Shown: piece by piece, positions 10,992 to 20,930 of the stretch
Numbering within the stretch: position 1 is the first letter of the stretch
Layout of the letters: every line of letters begins with the position of its first letter
Assembly (NCBI GenBank): GCA_000252525.1
Contig: JH611156.1
Coordinates: 23,863 to 87,862, forward strand
Direction of reading: 5' to 3'
Origin: SAR86 cluster bacterium SAR86A
Lineage (GTDB): Bacteria > Pseudomonadota > Gammaproteobacteria > Magnimaribacterales > D2472
DNA: 64,000 nucleotides
The notes under the pieces: generated by a model
The model's database searches: none
The model's input: only the letters and a program-made list of their open reading frames with translations
What the model was told of the DNA's origin: nothing
Translations under genes and position numbers: made by a program

Positions 10992-12071
10992 ATGCTATTT
11001 GAACCATTCAAACTTAAAAATTGTGAAATGAGGAATAGAATTGTTATGGCTCCAATGACCAGAAATCAGTCACCAGGAGGTATACCGACTGAAGAAGTTG
11101 CAAAATACTATGAAAGAAGAGCAAAGGGTGAGGTCGGGTTAATTATAACGGAAGGAATTGAATTAAGTCATAAATCTTCAAGTGCATATCCTAATGTACC
11201 GAGATTAGATTCTGAAGAAGCAAGGGATGGTTGGAAAAAAGTTATTAGTGGAATTAAAGAAAATAATGGATCTGTAATTGCTCAGTTATGGCATTGTGGA
11301 GGTTTCAGGAAGCTGGGTATGGGACCAGATCCAGATGTGCCTGGATATACAGCCTCTGGCCTCGTTAAGCCAGGAAAGAAAGTTGCTCACGAAATGACTG
11401 CTGATGATGTAAAAGAAGCTATAGAGGCATATGCTTCTGATGCTGAAATTTGTGAGAATCTTGGTTTTGATGGAGTGGAGATACATGGAGCTCATGGATA
11501 CCTAATTGATAATTTTTTTTGGGAAGGAACAAATATAAGAGAAGATATTTATGGTGGTTCAATAGAAAAAAGATCAAATTTTGTTAAAGAAATTGTTGAA
11601 GCAATTAGATCAAGAGTGACAAATAACTTTATTGTTGGATTAAGATTTTCACAGTGGAAACAACATGACTTTGATGCAAAGCTTGCTCAAACACCAGATG
11701 AATTAGAAAAAGTCATTATGCCTCCTGTTAATGCAGGTTTAGATTACCTTCATTCAAGTATGAGAAGATTTTGGGAAAGTGAGTTTCCTGATTCAAAAGA
11801 GAATCTCGCATATTGGACTAAAAAGATATCTGATATAACAACCATTGGGGTTGGAAGTGTTGGATTAGATTCTGATTTTATAGATATGATGGCTCCAGCA
11901 AATCCAACAAGCATAGATAAGGCTATCGAAGATATTTCAAGTAACAAATATGAATTAATAGCAGTTGGAAGAGCTTTAATATCAGATCCAAATTGGGTAA
12001 TTAAGATGAAAGAAGGCAGATTTGATGAGCTAATACCCTATACAAAGGAATCTTTATTAACTCTTTACTAA
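10992..12071 (+). CDS. NADH:flavin oxidoreductase (Old Yellow Enzyme family)
   Basis: 359 aa with OYE-type TIM barrel motifs ([27 protein letters not shown]). Confidence 0.88.
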   Translation: MLFEPFKLKNCEMRNRIVMAPMTRNQSPGGIPTEEVAKYYERRAKGEVGLIITEGIELSHKSSSAYPNVPRLDSEEARDGWKKVISGIKENNGSVIAQLWHCGGFRKLGMGPDPDVPGYTASGLVKPGKKVAHEMTADDVKEAIEAYASDAEICENLGFDGVEIHGAHGYLIDNFFWEGTNIREDIYGGSIEKRSNFVKEIVEAIRSRVTNNFIVGLRFSQWKQHDFDAKLAQTPDELEKVIMPPVNAGLDYLHSSMRRFWESEFPDSKENLAYWTKKISDITTIGVGSVGLDSDFIDMMAPANPTSIDKAIEDISSNKYELIAVGRALISDPNWVIKMKEGRFDELIPYTKESLLTLY

Positions 12072-13276
12072 AATTTGCTTAGAACAAGACTAGCATTTGT
12101 ACCGCCAAATCCAAATGAGTTGCTAAGTACATTACTTATCTCACAATCTCTTGTTTCAGTAACAATATCTAAATCTTTTGCCTCATCACACAATTCATCT
12201 ACATTTATTGTTGGAGCAATAAAACCATTATTTATCATCATTATTGAATAAATTGCCTCATGAGCCCCTGTGGCCCCCAAAGAATGCCCGGTCATTGATT
12301 TTGTAGAGCTAATTGCTGGCGAATTAGAAGAGAATACTTCATTAATAGCCTTTAACTCAGCAACATCACCCACCGGAGTACTTGTACCGTGAGTATTGAT
12401 GTAATCTATTTCTAATCCAGCATCCTTCATTGCGCCTTTCATGCAACGTGCAGCACCTTCACCAGATGGAGCAACCATGTCATAACCGTCAGAGTTTGCA
12501 TAATAACCTGATATCTTAGCTAGTATATTTGCACCTCGTTTTTTTGCATGTTCCTCATCTTCTAAAATAACCATTCCTGCTCCACCAGCAATAACAAAGC
12601 CATCTCTATTTACATCATATGGTCTTGAAGCAGTTTCTGGAGATGAATTAAAGTTTGACGATAGAGCACCCATTGCGTCAAAAAGACAAGAAGAACTCCA
12701 ATGTTCGTCGTCACTTCCACCTGCAATTACAATATCTTGCTGACCACTCTTTATAAGATCAGCAGCGTGGCCTATACAATGTGCGCTGGTGGCACATGCT
12801 GATGAGATTGAATAATTTATTCCTTTCAATTTAAAAGCAGTTGAAATAATTGCTGAAATTGAGCTAGACATACTTCTAGTAACACCATATGGACCAATCC
12901 TCTTTGGTCCTCTATCTCTTGCTATATCTCCATTTTCAACCATTATCCTTGTTGATGATCCTCCTGACCCAGCAACTATACCAATTCTAGGAGAATCTAA
13001 ATCCTCTTCATTTATGCCTGCCATATCAAGAGCATCTTTTGTAGCTAGATATGAATACCCAGCAGATTCACCCATAAATCTTAGTAATTTTCTGTCAATA
13101 TAATCTGCTAAATTAATGTTAATTGAACCAGATACACAGCTTCTAAATCCCATCTCTGAATACACATCATTGAATGAAATTCCTGACGATCCATTCTTTA
13201 GGCTTAATAGAACTTCATCATATGTATTTCCAATACAAGATTTAATTCCAAGACCAGTTACAACTACTTTTTTCAT
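12068..13276 (-). CDS. fabB: 3-oxoacyl-ACP synthase I
   Basis: 402 aa containing [12 protein letters not shown] (active-site Cys), [10 protein letters not shown] and GHSLGATG. It lies immediately downstream of fabA. Confidence 0.9.
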   Translation of the reverse strand: MKKVVVTGLGIKSCIGNTYDEVLLSLKNGSSGISFNDVYSEMGFRSCVSGSININLADYIDRKLLRFMGESAGYSYLATKDALDMAGINEEDLDSPRIGIVAGSGGSSTRIMVENGDIARDRGPKRIGPYGVTRSMSSSISAIISTAFKLKGINYSISSACATSAHCIGHAADLIKSGQQDIVIAGGSDDEHWSSSCLFDAMGALSSNFNSSPETASRPYDVNRDGFVIAGGAGMVILEDEEHAKKRGANILAKISGYYANSDGYDMVAPSGEGAARCMKGAMKDAGLEIDYINTHGTSTPVGDVAELKAINEVFSSNSPAISSTKSMTGHSLGATGAHEAIYSIMMINNGFIAPTINVDELCDEAKDLDIVTETRDCEISNVLSNSFGFGGTNASLVLSKF

Positions 13277-13800
13277 TAAAAATTACTCGGATCCTTAAAT
13301 AATCCTACCTTAAGTTTCTCTGCAGTATATATTTTTCTGTCATCAACAAACATCTCACCATCAGCAAGACCAACTATTGCACCTCTATTAATAATTCTTT
13401 TGATATCAATTTTATATGTTACCTCTTTCGCATTTGGTAAAACTTGACCAAAAAATTTTACATTATCAGCACCCAAGGCTCTTCCAATACCAGGAAGCCC
13501 AGACCATAACAAATAAAATCCTAAAAGCTGCCACATTGCATCTAGCCCAAGACAACCTGGCATTACAGGATCAGTTTTAAAGTGGCATTTGAAAAACCAT
13601 AAATCAGGATTAATATTCAAATGAGCACTTATTGAACCTTTTTTGTACGTTCCGCTGGAATCATCAATATTTGATATTTCATCAAACATTAACATTTGAT
13701 CTGATGGTAATCTTCCGTCTCCAGGCTTAGTGAATAACTCTCCATTTGCACACGCTATCAAATCATCTTTAGAGTAACTATTTTGCGGTATAAATGTCAT
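13276..13800 (-). CDS. fabA: 3-hydroxydecanoyl-ACP dehydratase/isomerase
   Basis: 174 aa. [24 protein letters not shown] is nearly identical to the E. coli FabA active-site region. Confidence 0.95.
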   Translation of the reverse strand: MTFIPQNSYSKDDLIACANGELFTKPGDGRLPSDQMLMFDEISNIDDSSGTYKKGSISAHLNINPDLWFFKCHFKTDPVMPGCLGLDAMWQLLGFYLLWSGLPGIGRALGADNVKFFGQVLPNAKEVTYKIDIKRIINRGAIVGLADGEMFVDDRKIYTAEKLKVGLFKDPSNF

Positions 13801-14735
13801 TTTTCCCTTTCGTATGCTAACTGAGCTAATTCTATCATTTCTTTTTGAATCTTTAGATTATCAATCTTCTTTGCACTGATTATCGCATTTTTATGAAATT
13901 TTTTGGCCAAATCTTCAGTTTTGCTTATCCCGTCATGAGCTTGAATTAATCTAAGGATATCTTTTGTATTAGCTTTTTTATTTCCAAGATTATTTGAAAG
14001 GGTTTTTTTAGTATTTTTGTCTGCATTTTTGTAGGCAAAAAAGAAAGGATAAGTTACTTTGCCTTCTTTCAGATCTTGAAATACAGGTTTCCCAATATCA
14101 TTACTAAGAGAATAATCTAAAAGGTCATCTTTGATTTGGAACAAAATGCCTATATTTTTGGCGCATTCGCTAATATTTTTTATGTATATTGGTTTAGTTT
14201 CTGCAAGAAGTGCACCTGTTCTAGCGGCAGCCTCAAATAATCTACCAGTTTTAAAATAACTTATTCTTTTTAATTTGGTTAAAGTTATTTCTTGATTATT
14301 AATTGCATCAAGTTGGACTAGCTCGCCTTGTGAAATGTCATTAGTAGCGCTAGCGAGTTCTTTGAGAATTTCTTTTTTTCCAACATCAACCATATAAATA
14401 AATGCTTTTGAATATATGTAATCACCAATTAAAACTCCATGAGCATTCGACCATATGTTGTTTACAGATTCATTACCTCTTCTAAATGATGAGTCATCTA
14501 CTACATCATCGTGAACAAGTGTAGCTGTATGGAGGAGCTCAATGATTGCTGCAAGCTTAATTCTGTTTTTCTTTTTTCTATTGATTGATGATGATATGAG
14601 ATTTAACCTTGCCCTGATTTTTTTACCATCAGATTTGAAAATGTATTTATAAATTTCTTTAATAGATTTCTCTTTAACAACATCTGCCTTAATCATCTTT
14701 TCTACATGATAAAGTTCTTTTTCTATTAAATTCAT
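13797..14735 (-). CDS. ispB: Octaprenyl-diphosphate synthase (polyprenyl synthetase)
   Basis: 312 aa with two Asp-rich motifs ([16 protein letters not shown]). It is divergent from rplU-rpmA, as in E. coli. Confidence 0.9.
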   Translation of the reverse strand: MNLIEKELYHVEKMIKADVVKEKSIKEIYKYIFKSDGKKIRARLNLISSSINRKKKNRIKLAAIIELLHTATLVHDDVVDDSSFRRGNESVNNIWSNAHGVLIGDYIYSKAFIYMVDVGKKEILKELASATNDISQGELVQLDAINNQEITLTKLKRISYFKTGRLFEAAARTGALLAETKPIYIKNISECAKNIGILFQIKDDLLDYSLSNDIGKPVFQDLKEGKVTYPFFFAYKNADKNTKKTLSNNLGNKKANTKDILRLIQAHDGISKTEDLAKKFHKNAIISAKKIDNLKIQKEMIELAQLAYEREK

Positions 14736-14781
14736 TGAATCTATTTTTGCTGATAAATTAAGTCAAAATTATACATAAGTA

Positions 14782-14810
14782 TTGATAATTTCCTCATTAA
14801 AGCGTATATT
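14782..14810 (+). promoter_or_regulatory. Candidate sigma-70 promoter of rplU-rpmA-obg
   Basis: TTGATA (14782-14787), a 17-nt spacer, then TATATT (14805-14810). This sits 24 nt upstream of the rplU ATG, which has an AAGGA SD. Confidence 0.45.
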
Positions 14811-14834
14811 TTGCGAGCTTTAAAGGATTATATT

Positions 14835-15152
14835 ATGTACGCGGTTATCGAAACAGGTGGAAAACAACATAAAGTCGAAAAAGGTATGGTTTTATCAGTC
14901 GATCTATTAAAAGATGATGTAGGTAAAAAGATAACTTTTGAAAATGTGCTTTTATATGTTGATGGAGATAAGGTAGAGGTTGGTCAACCATACCTAGATA
15001 ATGTTAAAGTAACCGCTGAAGTAAAAGATGTTGTTAAATCTGAAAAAATTTCAATACTTAGATTTAGACGCAGAAAGCATAGTATGCGAAAAGTTGGACA
15101 CAGAGCAAAGCATACTCAAATAGAAATTAAGAGTATTAAACTAGAGAGTTAA
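14835..15152 (+). CDS. rplU: 50S ribosomal protein L21
   Basis: I trimmed the track ORF (TTG 14811) to ATG 14835. This gives [14 protein letters not shown], the canonical L21 N-terminus. Confidence 0.95.
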   Translation: MYAVIETGGKQHKVEKGMVLSVDLLKDDVGKKITFENVLLYVDGDKVEVGQPYLDNVKVTAEVKDVVKSEKISILRFRRRKHSMRKVGHRAKHTQIEIKSIKLES

Positions 15153-15153
15153 T

Positions 15154-15411
15154 ATGGCACATAAGAAAGCAGGTGGATCTAGTAAGAACGGAAGAGATTC
15201 CAACTCCAAAAGACTGGGAGTTAAGAGATTTGGTGGTGAGATTGTTAAAGCTGGTGAAATTCTTATTAGACAGCGGGGCACGAACACACATCCAGGTTTA
15301 AATGTTGGCATTGGCAAAGATGATACTTTATTTGCCAAAAGTGCTGGTATGGTTCAATTCACTTATAAAGGTCCAAAAAAAAGAAAAACTGCGAACGTAA
15401 TCCCACAGTAG
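15154..15411 (+). CDS. rpmA: 50S ribosomal protein L27
   Basis: 85 aa starting [24 protein letters not shown]. Confidence 0.97.
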   Translation: MAHKKAGGSSKNGRDSNSKRLGVKRFGGEIVKAGEILIRQRGTNTHPGLNVGIGKDDTLFAKSAGMVQFTYKGPKKRKTANVIPQ

Positions 15412-15420
15412 TAAATTCAA

Positions 15421-16422
15421 ATGAACTTCATTGATGAAGCCTATCTTGAAGTAAGGGCAGGAGATGGCGGCTCTGGTGCGTCTAGCTTTAGAAGAGAAAA
15501 ATATATTCCATTTGGTGGTCCCGATGGTGGAGATGGAGGCAAGGGCGGAAATATTCTTTTTAAAGTTAATCAAAACACTAATACCTTAATTGATTTTCAG
15601 AATAAAAAAATCTTTGAAGCTAAGAATGGACAAAAAGGTTCTGGAAAAAATAAATCAGGCGCAGACGGTGATGATCTAGTAATTCATGTACCAAAAGGAA
15701 CAGTTATTTACGATAATTTAACCAATGAAGAGTTAATGGATTGTACTGATGAAAATCTTGAATACCTCATAGTTAAAGGTGGAGAGGGAGGTCATGGCAA
15801 TGCCCGATTTAAGTCAGCCACAAATAGAGCTCCTAGAAAATCAACTCCAGGCTTTAAAGGTGAGGTACGCTCCTTAAGATTAGAACTAAAATCCTTAGCC
15901 GATGTAGGTTTAGTTGGCTTTCCAAACGCGGGCAAGTCAACTTTTCTAAATCATGTATCATCAGCAAAACCAAAGATTGGAAATTATCCATTCACAACAC
16001 TTAGGCCCCACCTTGGAACAATTAAGGGCAATGAATCAAGTTACGTTATTGCAGATATACCAGGATTGATTGAAGGTGCATCTGATGGAGCTGGTTTAGG
16101 TATAAAATTTTTGAAGCATATCTCAAGAACTGGTTTGTTATTAATATTCGTAGATTTATTTTCTTCAGAAAATCTTAGTCCACTTGATCAAATAAATTCT
16201 CTTCAAAAAGAACTTGAAGCTTATAAAGACGATTTGACTCAAAAGATATCATGGATCGTTTGTAATAAAGTTGATTTATTGAAAGATGAAGATGTCAAAA
16301 AGATTGAAAAAGAGATTCAGTCAGCATTGAATACAAAAGATGTTTTTATGATTTCAGCATTCACTGGAAAAGGTACTAGGGAATTGTTGAATAAATTAGA
16401 GACGGAGGTCTGTAAAAGCTAA
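15421..16422 (+). CDS. obg: GTPase Obg/CgtA
   Basis: 333 aa. The Gly-rich Obg fold (GGPDGGDGGKGG) and the G domain (GFPNAGKST, DIPGLIEGA, NKVD) are present. Confidence 0.95.
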   Translation: MNFIDEAYLEVRAGDGGSGASSFRREKYIPFGGPDGGDGGKGGNILFKVNQNTNTLIDFQNKKIFEAKNGQKGSGKNKSGADGDDLVIHVPKGTVIYDNLTNEELMDCTDENLEYLIVKGGEGGHGNARFKSATNRAPRKSTPGFKGEVRSLRLELKSLADVGLVGFPNAGKSTFLNHVSSAKPKIGNYPFTTLRPHLGTIKGNESSYVIADIPGLIEGASDGAGLGIKFLKHISRTGLLLIFVDLFSSENLSPLDQINSLQKELEAYKDDLTQKISWIVCNKVDLLKDEDVKKIEKEIQSALNTKDVFMISAFTGKGTRELLNKLETEVCKS

Positions 16423-16682
16423 CTAAGGTTTTTTATTGCTTTAGATAATCTACTTTTAGTTCTAGCTGCAGCGTTTTTATGAATAACTTTTTTTGATGCA
16501 GAAGAGTCAAGTATTTTTTCAGCACTCTTTAAAAGATCTTTAGCTTTCTCAGCATCATTTGCATCAATACTAGCTCGAACAGCTTTCACTGCGGTTCTTA
16601 CCATAGATCTTTGAGCATGCCTTAACTTATACGTTTCAGCATTTTGTTTTGCTCTTTTTATTGCCTGTTTTGAGTTAGCCAT
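16419..16682 (-). CDS. rpsT: 30S ribosomal protein S20
   Basis: 87 aa starting MANSKQAIKRAKQN, an alpha-helical basic protein. Confidence 0.95.
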   Translation of the reverse strand: MANSKQAIKRAKQNAETYKLRHAQRSMVRTAVKAVRASIDANDAEKAKDLLKSAEKILDSSASKKVIHKNAAARTKSRLSKAIKNLS

Positions 16683-16752
16683 AATAATTTTATAGGTGCG
16701 TAGTGTAATGATGAATGATCTTTATGTCCATATTTGAAACGATTATTTAAAA

Positions 16753-16785
16753 TAAAAAAAGGCAGCATAAATGCTGCCTTTTTCA
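16753..16785 (-). terminator. Rho-independent terminator downstream of the TonB-dependent receptor gene
   Basis: The stem is GGCAGCA (16761-16767) / TGCTGCC (16772-16778) with a 4-nt loop. An A-run and a T-run flank it. On the minus strand the hairpin is followed by TTTTTTTATTT, 11 nt after the receptor stop. Confidence 0.8.
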
Positions 16786-16796
16786 TAAAAGACTAA

Positions 16797-19433
16797 CTAC
16801 ATGGAATATTTTAGTCCTACATAGACCATTTTCCCTCTTGGATCATGTTGTCTAGTATCGTAACTAAAGTTTGAAGCATCATAAAACATTGGTACTTCTT
16901 CATCAGTAGCATTCTTTACACCTAAAGATAATCTTAGGCTAGAATCATCCATATCAAAGTTATAAGAATATTTAAGATCTAGAACATTAAATTCATCAAT
17001 TTCTTGCCCTAAACCGTTAGCCACACCTAAAGCGTTAGGCGGGTTTGTGGTTTCATAATCTGAAATCATTCTATAGAAAGCTCCAACTGTATGATTACCA
17101 CTTATAAGCGATGCACTTAATACAGTTTTTGTTTCAGGAAGTGATCTAGCAAAGTTGTCATGATTAAATAAACCAACAACATCTTTCATGCCTCCACCTG
17201 AAGCAGGAATTTCATATGAAAGGAAGTGTGCTCTGTTCATTCCAAGAACAACATTACCCAATCCAGTATTAAATATATACGAAGCTTCAATGTCATAACC
17301 GTCAGCATTAACTTTACCGACATTCTTATACCTTGTTGTAACACCAATTAAGGTACCATCTACCAGTCTAAGAACGTCTGGTCCATTTGGATCAGCTATG
17401 ACCTTTCCTTGAGCACTCTCAATTGTAATAACATCCCTATAATCTACTGACCAATAGTCAAACTTAACAGAAGTTTGATCATTAGGCGTCCATACAGCAC
17501 CAAGATTCATATTTTTAGACTCTTCTGGCATTAAATTTGCGTCATGCGCTTGAGTTATTCTTATAAATGATGGATTACCAACAGGACTTCCTGATGTATC
17601 AAAGTCTTGAATACCTTGAAGACCAACACTTGATTGGTTTAACTGATAGAGTGAAGGCTCCCTGAATGAGGTACTAACCGACGCTCTTAAAACAAGATTG
17701 TCATTAGCCTGAATTCTCATTGAGACCTTAGGATTAATTGTGCTATCTGAGCGTAAGCTTTCGTATCTAATAGCACCTCTTAATTCAACTTTATCAGTAG
17801 CTTGTTTTGCTGCCTCAGCAAAGATCGCAAATGCTGATCTGCTGTCACTACTTTCAACACCTCCACCTAAGAAGATCAGATCTGGTAAAACTGACAAGCT
17901 TCCATTGGAGTCAAAACCAGTTATTGAATCATCATTTCTTTTAACATCATGTTTTTCTTTTCTCCACTGCAAACCAGTTGCAACTTCGATATCGTTTATA
18001 GTTCCACTCAAAACTACATCCATTACAGAAAGACTAATATCAATATATGTTTCTTGAGCAGTTGAAATATAATCAATTAATTCTTGTGAATTAGCAGTTG
18101 GCACAAATAAATTCCACATTCCTGGAGCACCACCAGTACCTTTAATAGCATTACCAAATCTTGATGTACTTGTATCTGGCTGAATTCCTGAATTGTCCTC
18201 GGAACTATAAGTGTAGCTAACATCCATATCAAAACCATTATCAAGAGTTTTAGATAAACCTAACGATAATCTTTGTGATTCAAGGTATCTAGGAGCGGGA
18301 GGTGAATCAAATGCTGATCCCAGAGCACGTCCTATGTACATAACAGGAAATGAGAAGGGACTCCCTCCAGTGCCAGGCATAACAAGGTTAGCCGTTGATG
18401 CATATGATAATGCAGGATATGAAGGTGATTGGAAGTTATCATTTACATCGATAGAAGAATTTAAATAATCTATGCTAAAAGTAGCACCTGTGCTTAATTC
18501 AGTTTTAAATGATGTATATGTATTCAAATGATCTTCATCATTTACAAGGTTAAATCTGTCACCAAAAAAGAAACCACATCTTTGACCTGATGCTTGCGGT
18601 AAAAGTATGCCCTTATTAGCTATACAATTTGGATCAGGAATATTTTCTAAAAATGAATAAGTTCCTGCATATGGTCCAGATTCAACCGTACCTCCTCCAA
18701 ATGCCAAGAAACTTGTTCCAAAGCCACTTATACCAAGAGGCACAAGGCTTGGATTAAATTCAGTTCCCAATAGAGGCGACCTATCAAGGCTGCTAACTGC
18801 AACAACAAGATTACCATTCCCGAGAGGTGTTCCAAAGATAACACTAACTTTGTCATCAGTTTGTCCACCAAGGTCTGTTTCTTGAGTTGATACGTCAACC
18901 TCAATACCTTCAAAATCTCTTCTGAAAATATAGTTTACTACTCCAGCTACAGCATCAGAACCATATACAGAAGCAGCACCTTCTTTCAGAACTTCTACTC
19001 TTTCAATTGCATTCACAGGAATAATATTTGTATTTACAAACACACTTCCGTCATTAGCATTAATACCAGCAAGAGTGTGACGTTTTCCGTCAAGCAGGAC
19101 TAATGTAGATGTTAGTCCAAGTCCTCTGAGGTTAACATTTCCAGTTCCCTGGGTAGCACCTGAAGTAAATGAGTCAACATTATTCTCAGAACCCGAGTTA
19201 ATTGAAAGATTCGCTGTTATATCAGCTACTGTTGATGCGCTTAAGGCATCAATAGTATCTCTAGAAATAATCTCAACTGGTGAAGCACCATCAGTTGGAC
19301 TACCTTTAATGTAAGAACCAGTAACTACAACTTCTTCAATAGCTTCATCATTATCTTGCGCGATAATATTGATAGAACCAAATATTAGAAAAATTGAAAG
19401 ATACCGGACAAGTAAATTTTTTGAATTTTTCAT
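16797..19433 (-). CDS. TonB-dependent outer-membrane receptor (substrate unknown)
   Basis: 878 aa. It has a signal peptide, a TonB-box/plug region (EEVVVTGSY, NLRGLG, RVEVLKGAASVYGSDA-like) and a long beta-barrel. A strong SD (AAGGGGGG) precedes the ATG. Confidence 0.88.
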   Translation of the reverse strand: MKNSKNLLVRYLSIFLIFGSINIIAQDNDEAIEEVVVTGSYIKGSPTDGASPVEIISRDTIDALSASTVADITANLSINSGSENNVDSFTSGATQGTGNVNLRGLGLTSTLVLLDGKRHTLAGINANDGSVFVNTNIIPVNAIERVEVLKEGAASVYGSDAVAGVVNYIFRRDFEGIEVDVSTQETDLGGQTDDKVSVIFGTPLGNGNLVVAVSSLDRSPLLGTEFNPSLVPLGISGFGTSFLAFGGGTVESGPYAGTYSFLENIPDPNCIANKGILLPQASGQRCGFFFGDRFNLVNDEDHLNTYTSFKTELSTGATFSIDYLNSSIDVNDNFQSPSYPALSYASTANLVMPGTGGSPFSFPVMYIGRALGSAFDSPPAPRYLESQRLSLGLSKTLDNGFDMDVSYTYSSEDNSGIQPDTSTSRFGNAIKGTGGAPGMWNLFVPTANSQELIDYISTAQETYIDISLSVMDVVLSGTINDIEVATGLQWRKEKHDVKRNDDSITGFDSNGSLSVLPDLIFLGGGVESSDSRSAFAIFAEAAKQATDKVELRGAIRYESLRSDSTINPKVSMRIQANDNLVLRASVSTSFREPSLYQLNQSSVGLQGIQDFDTSGSPVGNPSFIRITQAHDANLMPEESKNMNLGAVWTPNDQTSVKFDYWSVDYRDVITIESAQGKVIADPNGPDVLRLVDGTLIGVTTRYKNVGKVNADGYDIEASYIFNTGLGNVVLGMNRAHFLSYEIPASGGGMKDVVGLFNHDNFARSLPETKTVLSASLISGNHTVGAFYRMISDYETTNPPNALGVANGLGQEIDEFNVLDLKYSYNFDMDDSSLRLSLGVKNATDEEVPMFYDASNFSYDTRQHDPRGKMVYVGLKYSM

Positions 19434-19554
19434 AAGTTTCCCCCCTTATTTTTAAATTTCAAAATAATTTTTAAACCCTATTTAAGTACATATTACTACT
19501 TTTAATATATTTTTTACATAAATATATTATGGATATACATAAATGCTTAGATAA

Positions 19555-19900
19555 TGGTGGAGGCGGCGGGAATTGAACCCGCGTCCGTCAATCCTTCAGC
19601 CTAACTTCTACATGCATAGCTCATTCTATTATTTTTAGCATCCATCACCCGAAGAGCAGGGCATGAATGCGAGCTTGATTAAATTTAACCAAACTGTATC
19701 CAAGCAATACAGCCTGGCTAGACTATGTGTTTAGCCGATGCTTCAAACCATAGTCAATTCTGGCATCGGTTAGCATTAAGCTGCTAAAGCGTAGTTGTCG
19801 TTATTTGCAACTATTTTTTTATAGTATGTTTTACAAGAGTTACTATAATCTTGGCATGCGCTTTGGAGTCCAGTAGAAACGTCGAACCCTATTCGCCCCC
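19555..19900 (-). ncRNA. ssrA: tmRNA (SsrA), one-piece
   Basis: The reverse complement begins GGGGGCGAAUAGGGUUCGACG and ends GGACGCGGGUUCAAUUCCCGCCGCCUCCACCA. This gives an acceptor stem with a G3:U pair, a T-arm and an encoded CCA. The tag ORF GCA AAU AAC GAC AAC UAC GCU UUA GCA GCU UAA (19808-19776) encodes ANNDNYALAA. The gene lies directly downstream of smpB. Confidence 0.95.
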
Positions 19901-19912
19901 ATGGGGTGCAAA

Positions 19913-19941
19913 ATTATACATCATTAGATAAAACCTATCGA
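19913..19941 (-). promoter_or_regulatory. Candidate ssrA promoter
   Basis: On the minus strand: TCGATA (19941-19936), a 17-nt spacer, then TATAAT (19918-19913). The -10 ends 12 nt before the mature 5' end, consistent with a short RNase P-processed leader. Confidence 0.45.
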
Positions 19942-19947
19942 TTTTAG

Positions 19948-20412
19948 TTATTTATTTTTATTTTTAAGAATTCTTGCTTGATCTCTTTGCCAGTCACGTT
20001 TTTTGATATCTTCACGTTGATCTCTTTGCTTTTTACCAACACCCAAAGCAATCTCACACTTAACATTATTATTTTTCCAATAAAGCTTTGTTAGAACACA
20101 AGTCAGGCCTTTTTCACCTTTAAGCTTTTGAATTTTAAGTATTTCTTTTTTATGGAGCAGTAATTTTCTTGTTCTCAAAAGATCAACGTCTTCATTTTGT
20201 AAAGATGGAGGACAATCAATTTTAATTCCAATAAGCCATGCTTCATTTTTTTTGATATTTACGTATGAATTTTTTACATCAACTTTTTTATTTCGTAGCG
20301 ATTTGACCTCCCATCCCTTGAGAGCGATACCAGCCTCAAAAGATTCATTTAATTTGAAGTTTCGCGATGCATTTTTATTTTTTACAATTAATGCAGGTTT
20401 TTCGGTAGCCAT
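19948..20412 (-). CDS. smpB: SsrA-binding protein SmpB
   Basis: 154 aa containing KNASRNFKL and GIALKGWEVKSLR, with a basic C-terminal tail. It is adjacent to ssrA. Confidence 0.96.
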   Translation of the reverse strand: MATEKPALIVKNKNASRNFKLNESFEAGIALKGWEVKSLRNKKVDVKNSYVNIKKNEAWLIGIKIDCPPSLQNEDVDLLRTRKLLLHKKEILKIQKLKGEKGLTCVLTKLYWKNNNVKCEIALGVGKKQRDQREDIKKRDWQRDQARILKNKNK

Positions 20413-20459
20413 GCTTTATTATGTATTTTAAGAAATTAGATGCAATATTTTATTTATAA

Positions 20460-20921
20460 ATGAACATTACTAGCATTAAATCTACATATGGATATATTGG
20501 TTTTATACCTTTTGCAATTTTATCATTAGCGCCATGGGTGCTTGGAGGAGAAATAGCAAAGATTTCTATTCAGTTTCAGCTTGCTTACGGGTCAATTATT
20601 ATTACTTTTTTGGGTGGATTTGCTTGGGGATGGCCAGATGATCAAAAAAATCAAGCACTAAATTTATCTTATGGAATTGGTTTTAGTCTTTTGGGATGCT
20701 CAATGTTACTTCTTACATATTTTGGTTTTATCATGACAGCATTAATACTCGCAATAATTAGTTTTTATCTATTTTATTTATTTGAGAAATCAACAGTAAT
20801 TTTTGATACAAAAGATGATGATTATCAAAAATTTAGAAAGATTCTAACTTTACTTGTATGTATAAGTTTTCTAATATCTTCTGGGTATTGGATAAATCCA
20901 TATAGTAGCCCCTATTTATAA
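20460..20921 (+). CDS. Small polytopic membrane protein (DUF3429-like), function unknown
   Basis: 153 aa with 4-5 hydrophobic spans. The motif AYGSIIITFLGGFAWGW resembles DUF3429 proteins. This is recalled from memory of the family, not a search. Confidence 0.6.
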   Translation: MNITSIKSTYGYIGFIPFAILSLAPWVLGGEIAKISIQFQLAYGSIIITFLGGFAWGWPDDQKNQALNLSYGIGFSLLGCSMLLLTYFGFIMTALILAIISFYLFYLFEKSTVIFDTKDDDYQKFRKILTLLVCISFLISSGYWINPYSSPYL

Positions 20922-20930
20922 GAGTAAATT

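Noticed and set aside
16695-16735. dif-like start GGTGCGTAGTG..., followed later by TTATGTCCATA, in the rpsT upstream region.
   Set aside because: Only the first 6 nt of the XerC arm match GGTGCGCATAA. The XerD-arm-like TTATGT is 16 nt rather than 6 nt away and diverges after 6 nt. The location among ribosomal and replication genes is also unlike a terminus.
19440-19445. The C6/G6 homopolymer in the receptor SD as a phase-variation tract.
   Set aside because: Six residues is below the length at which slipped-strand switching is usually seen. The run sits in the SD itself, where it simply gives strong 16S complementarity.
16797-19554. Possible genomic island integrated at the ssrA 3' end, because the TonB-dependent receptor sits directly downstream of tmRNA.
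   Set aside because: There is no integrase. There is no duplicated copy of the ssrA 3' end (TGGTGGAGGCGGCGGGAATTGAACC) at the far side (16683-16796). It is a single gene with its own terminator and no obvious compositional break by eye.
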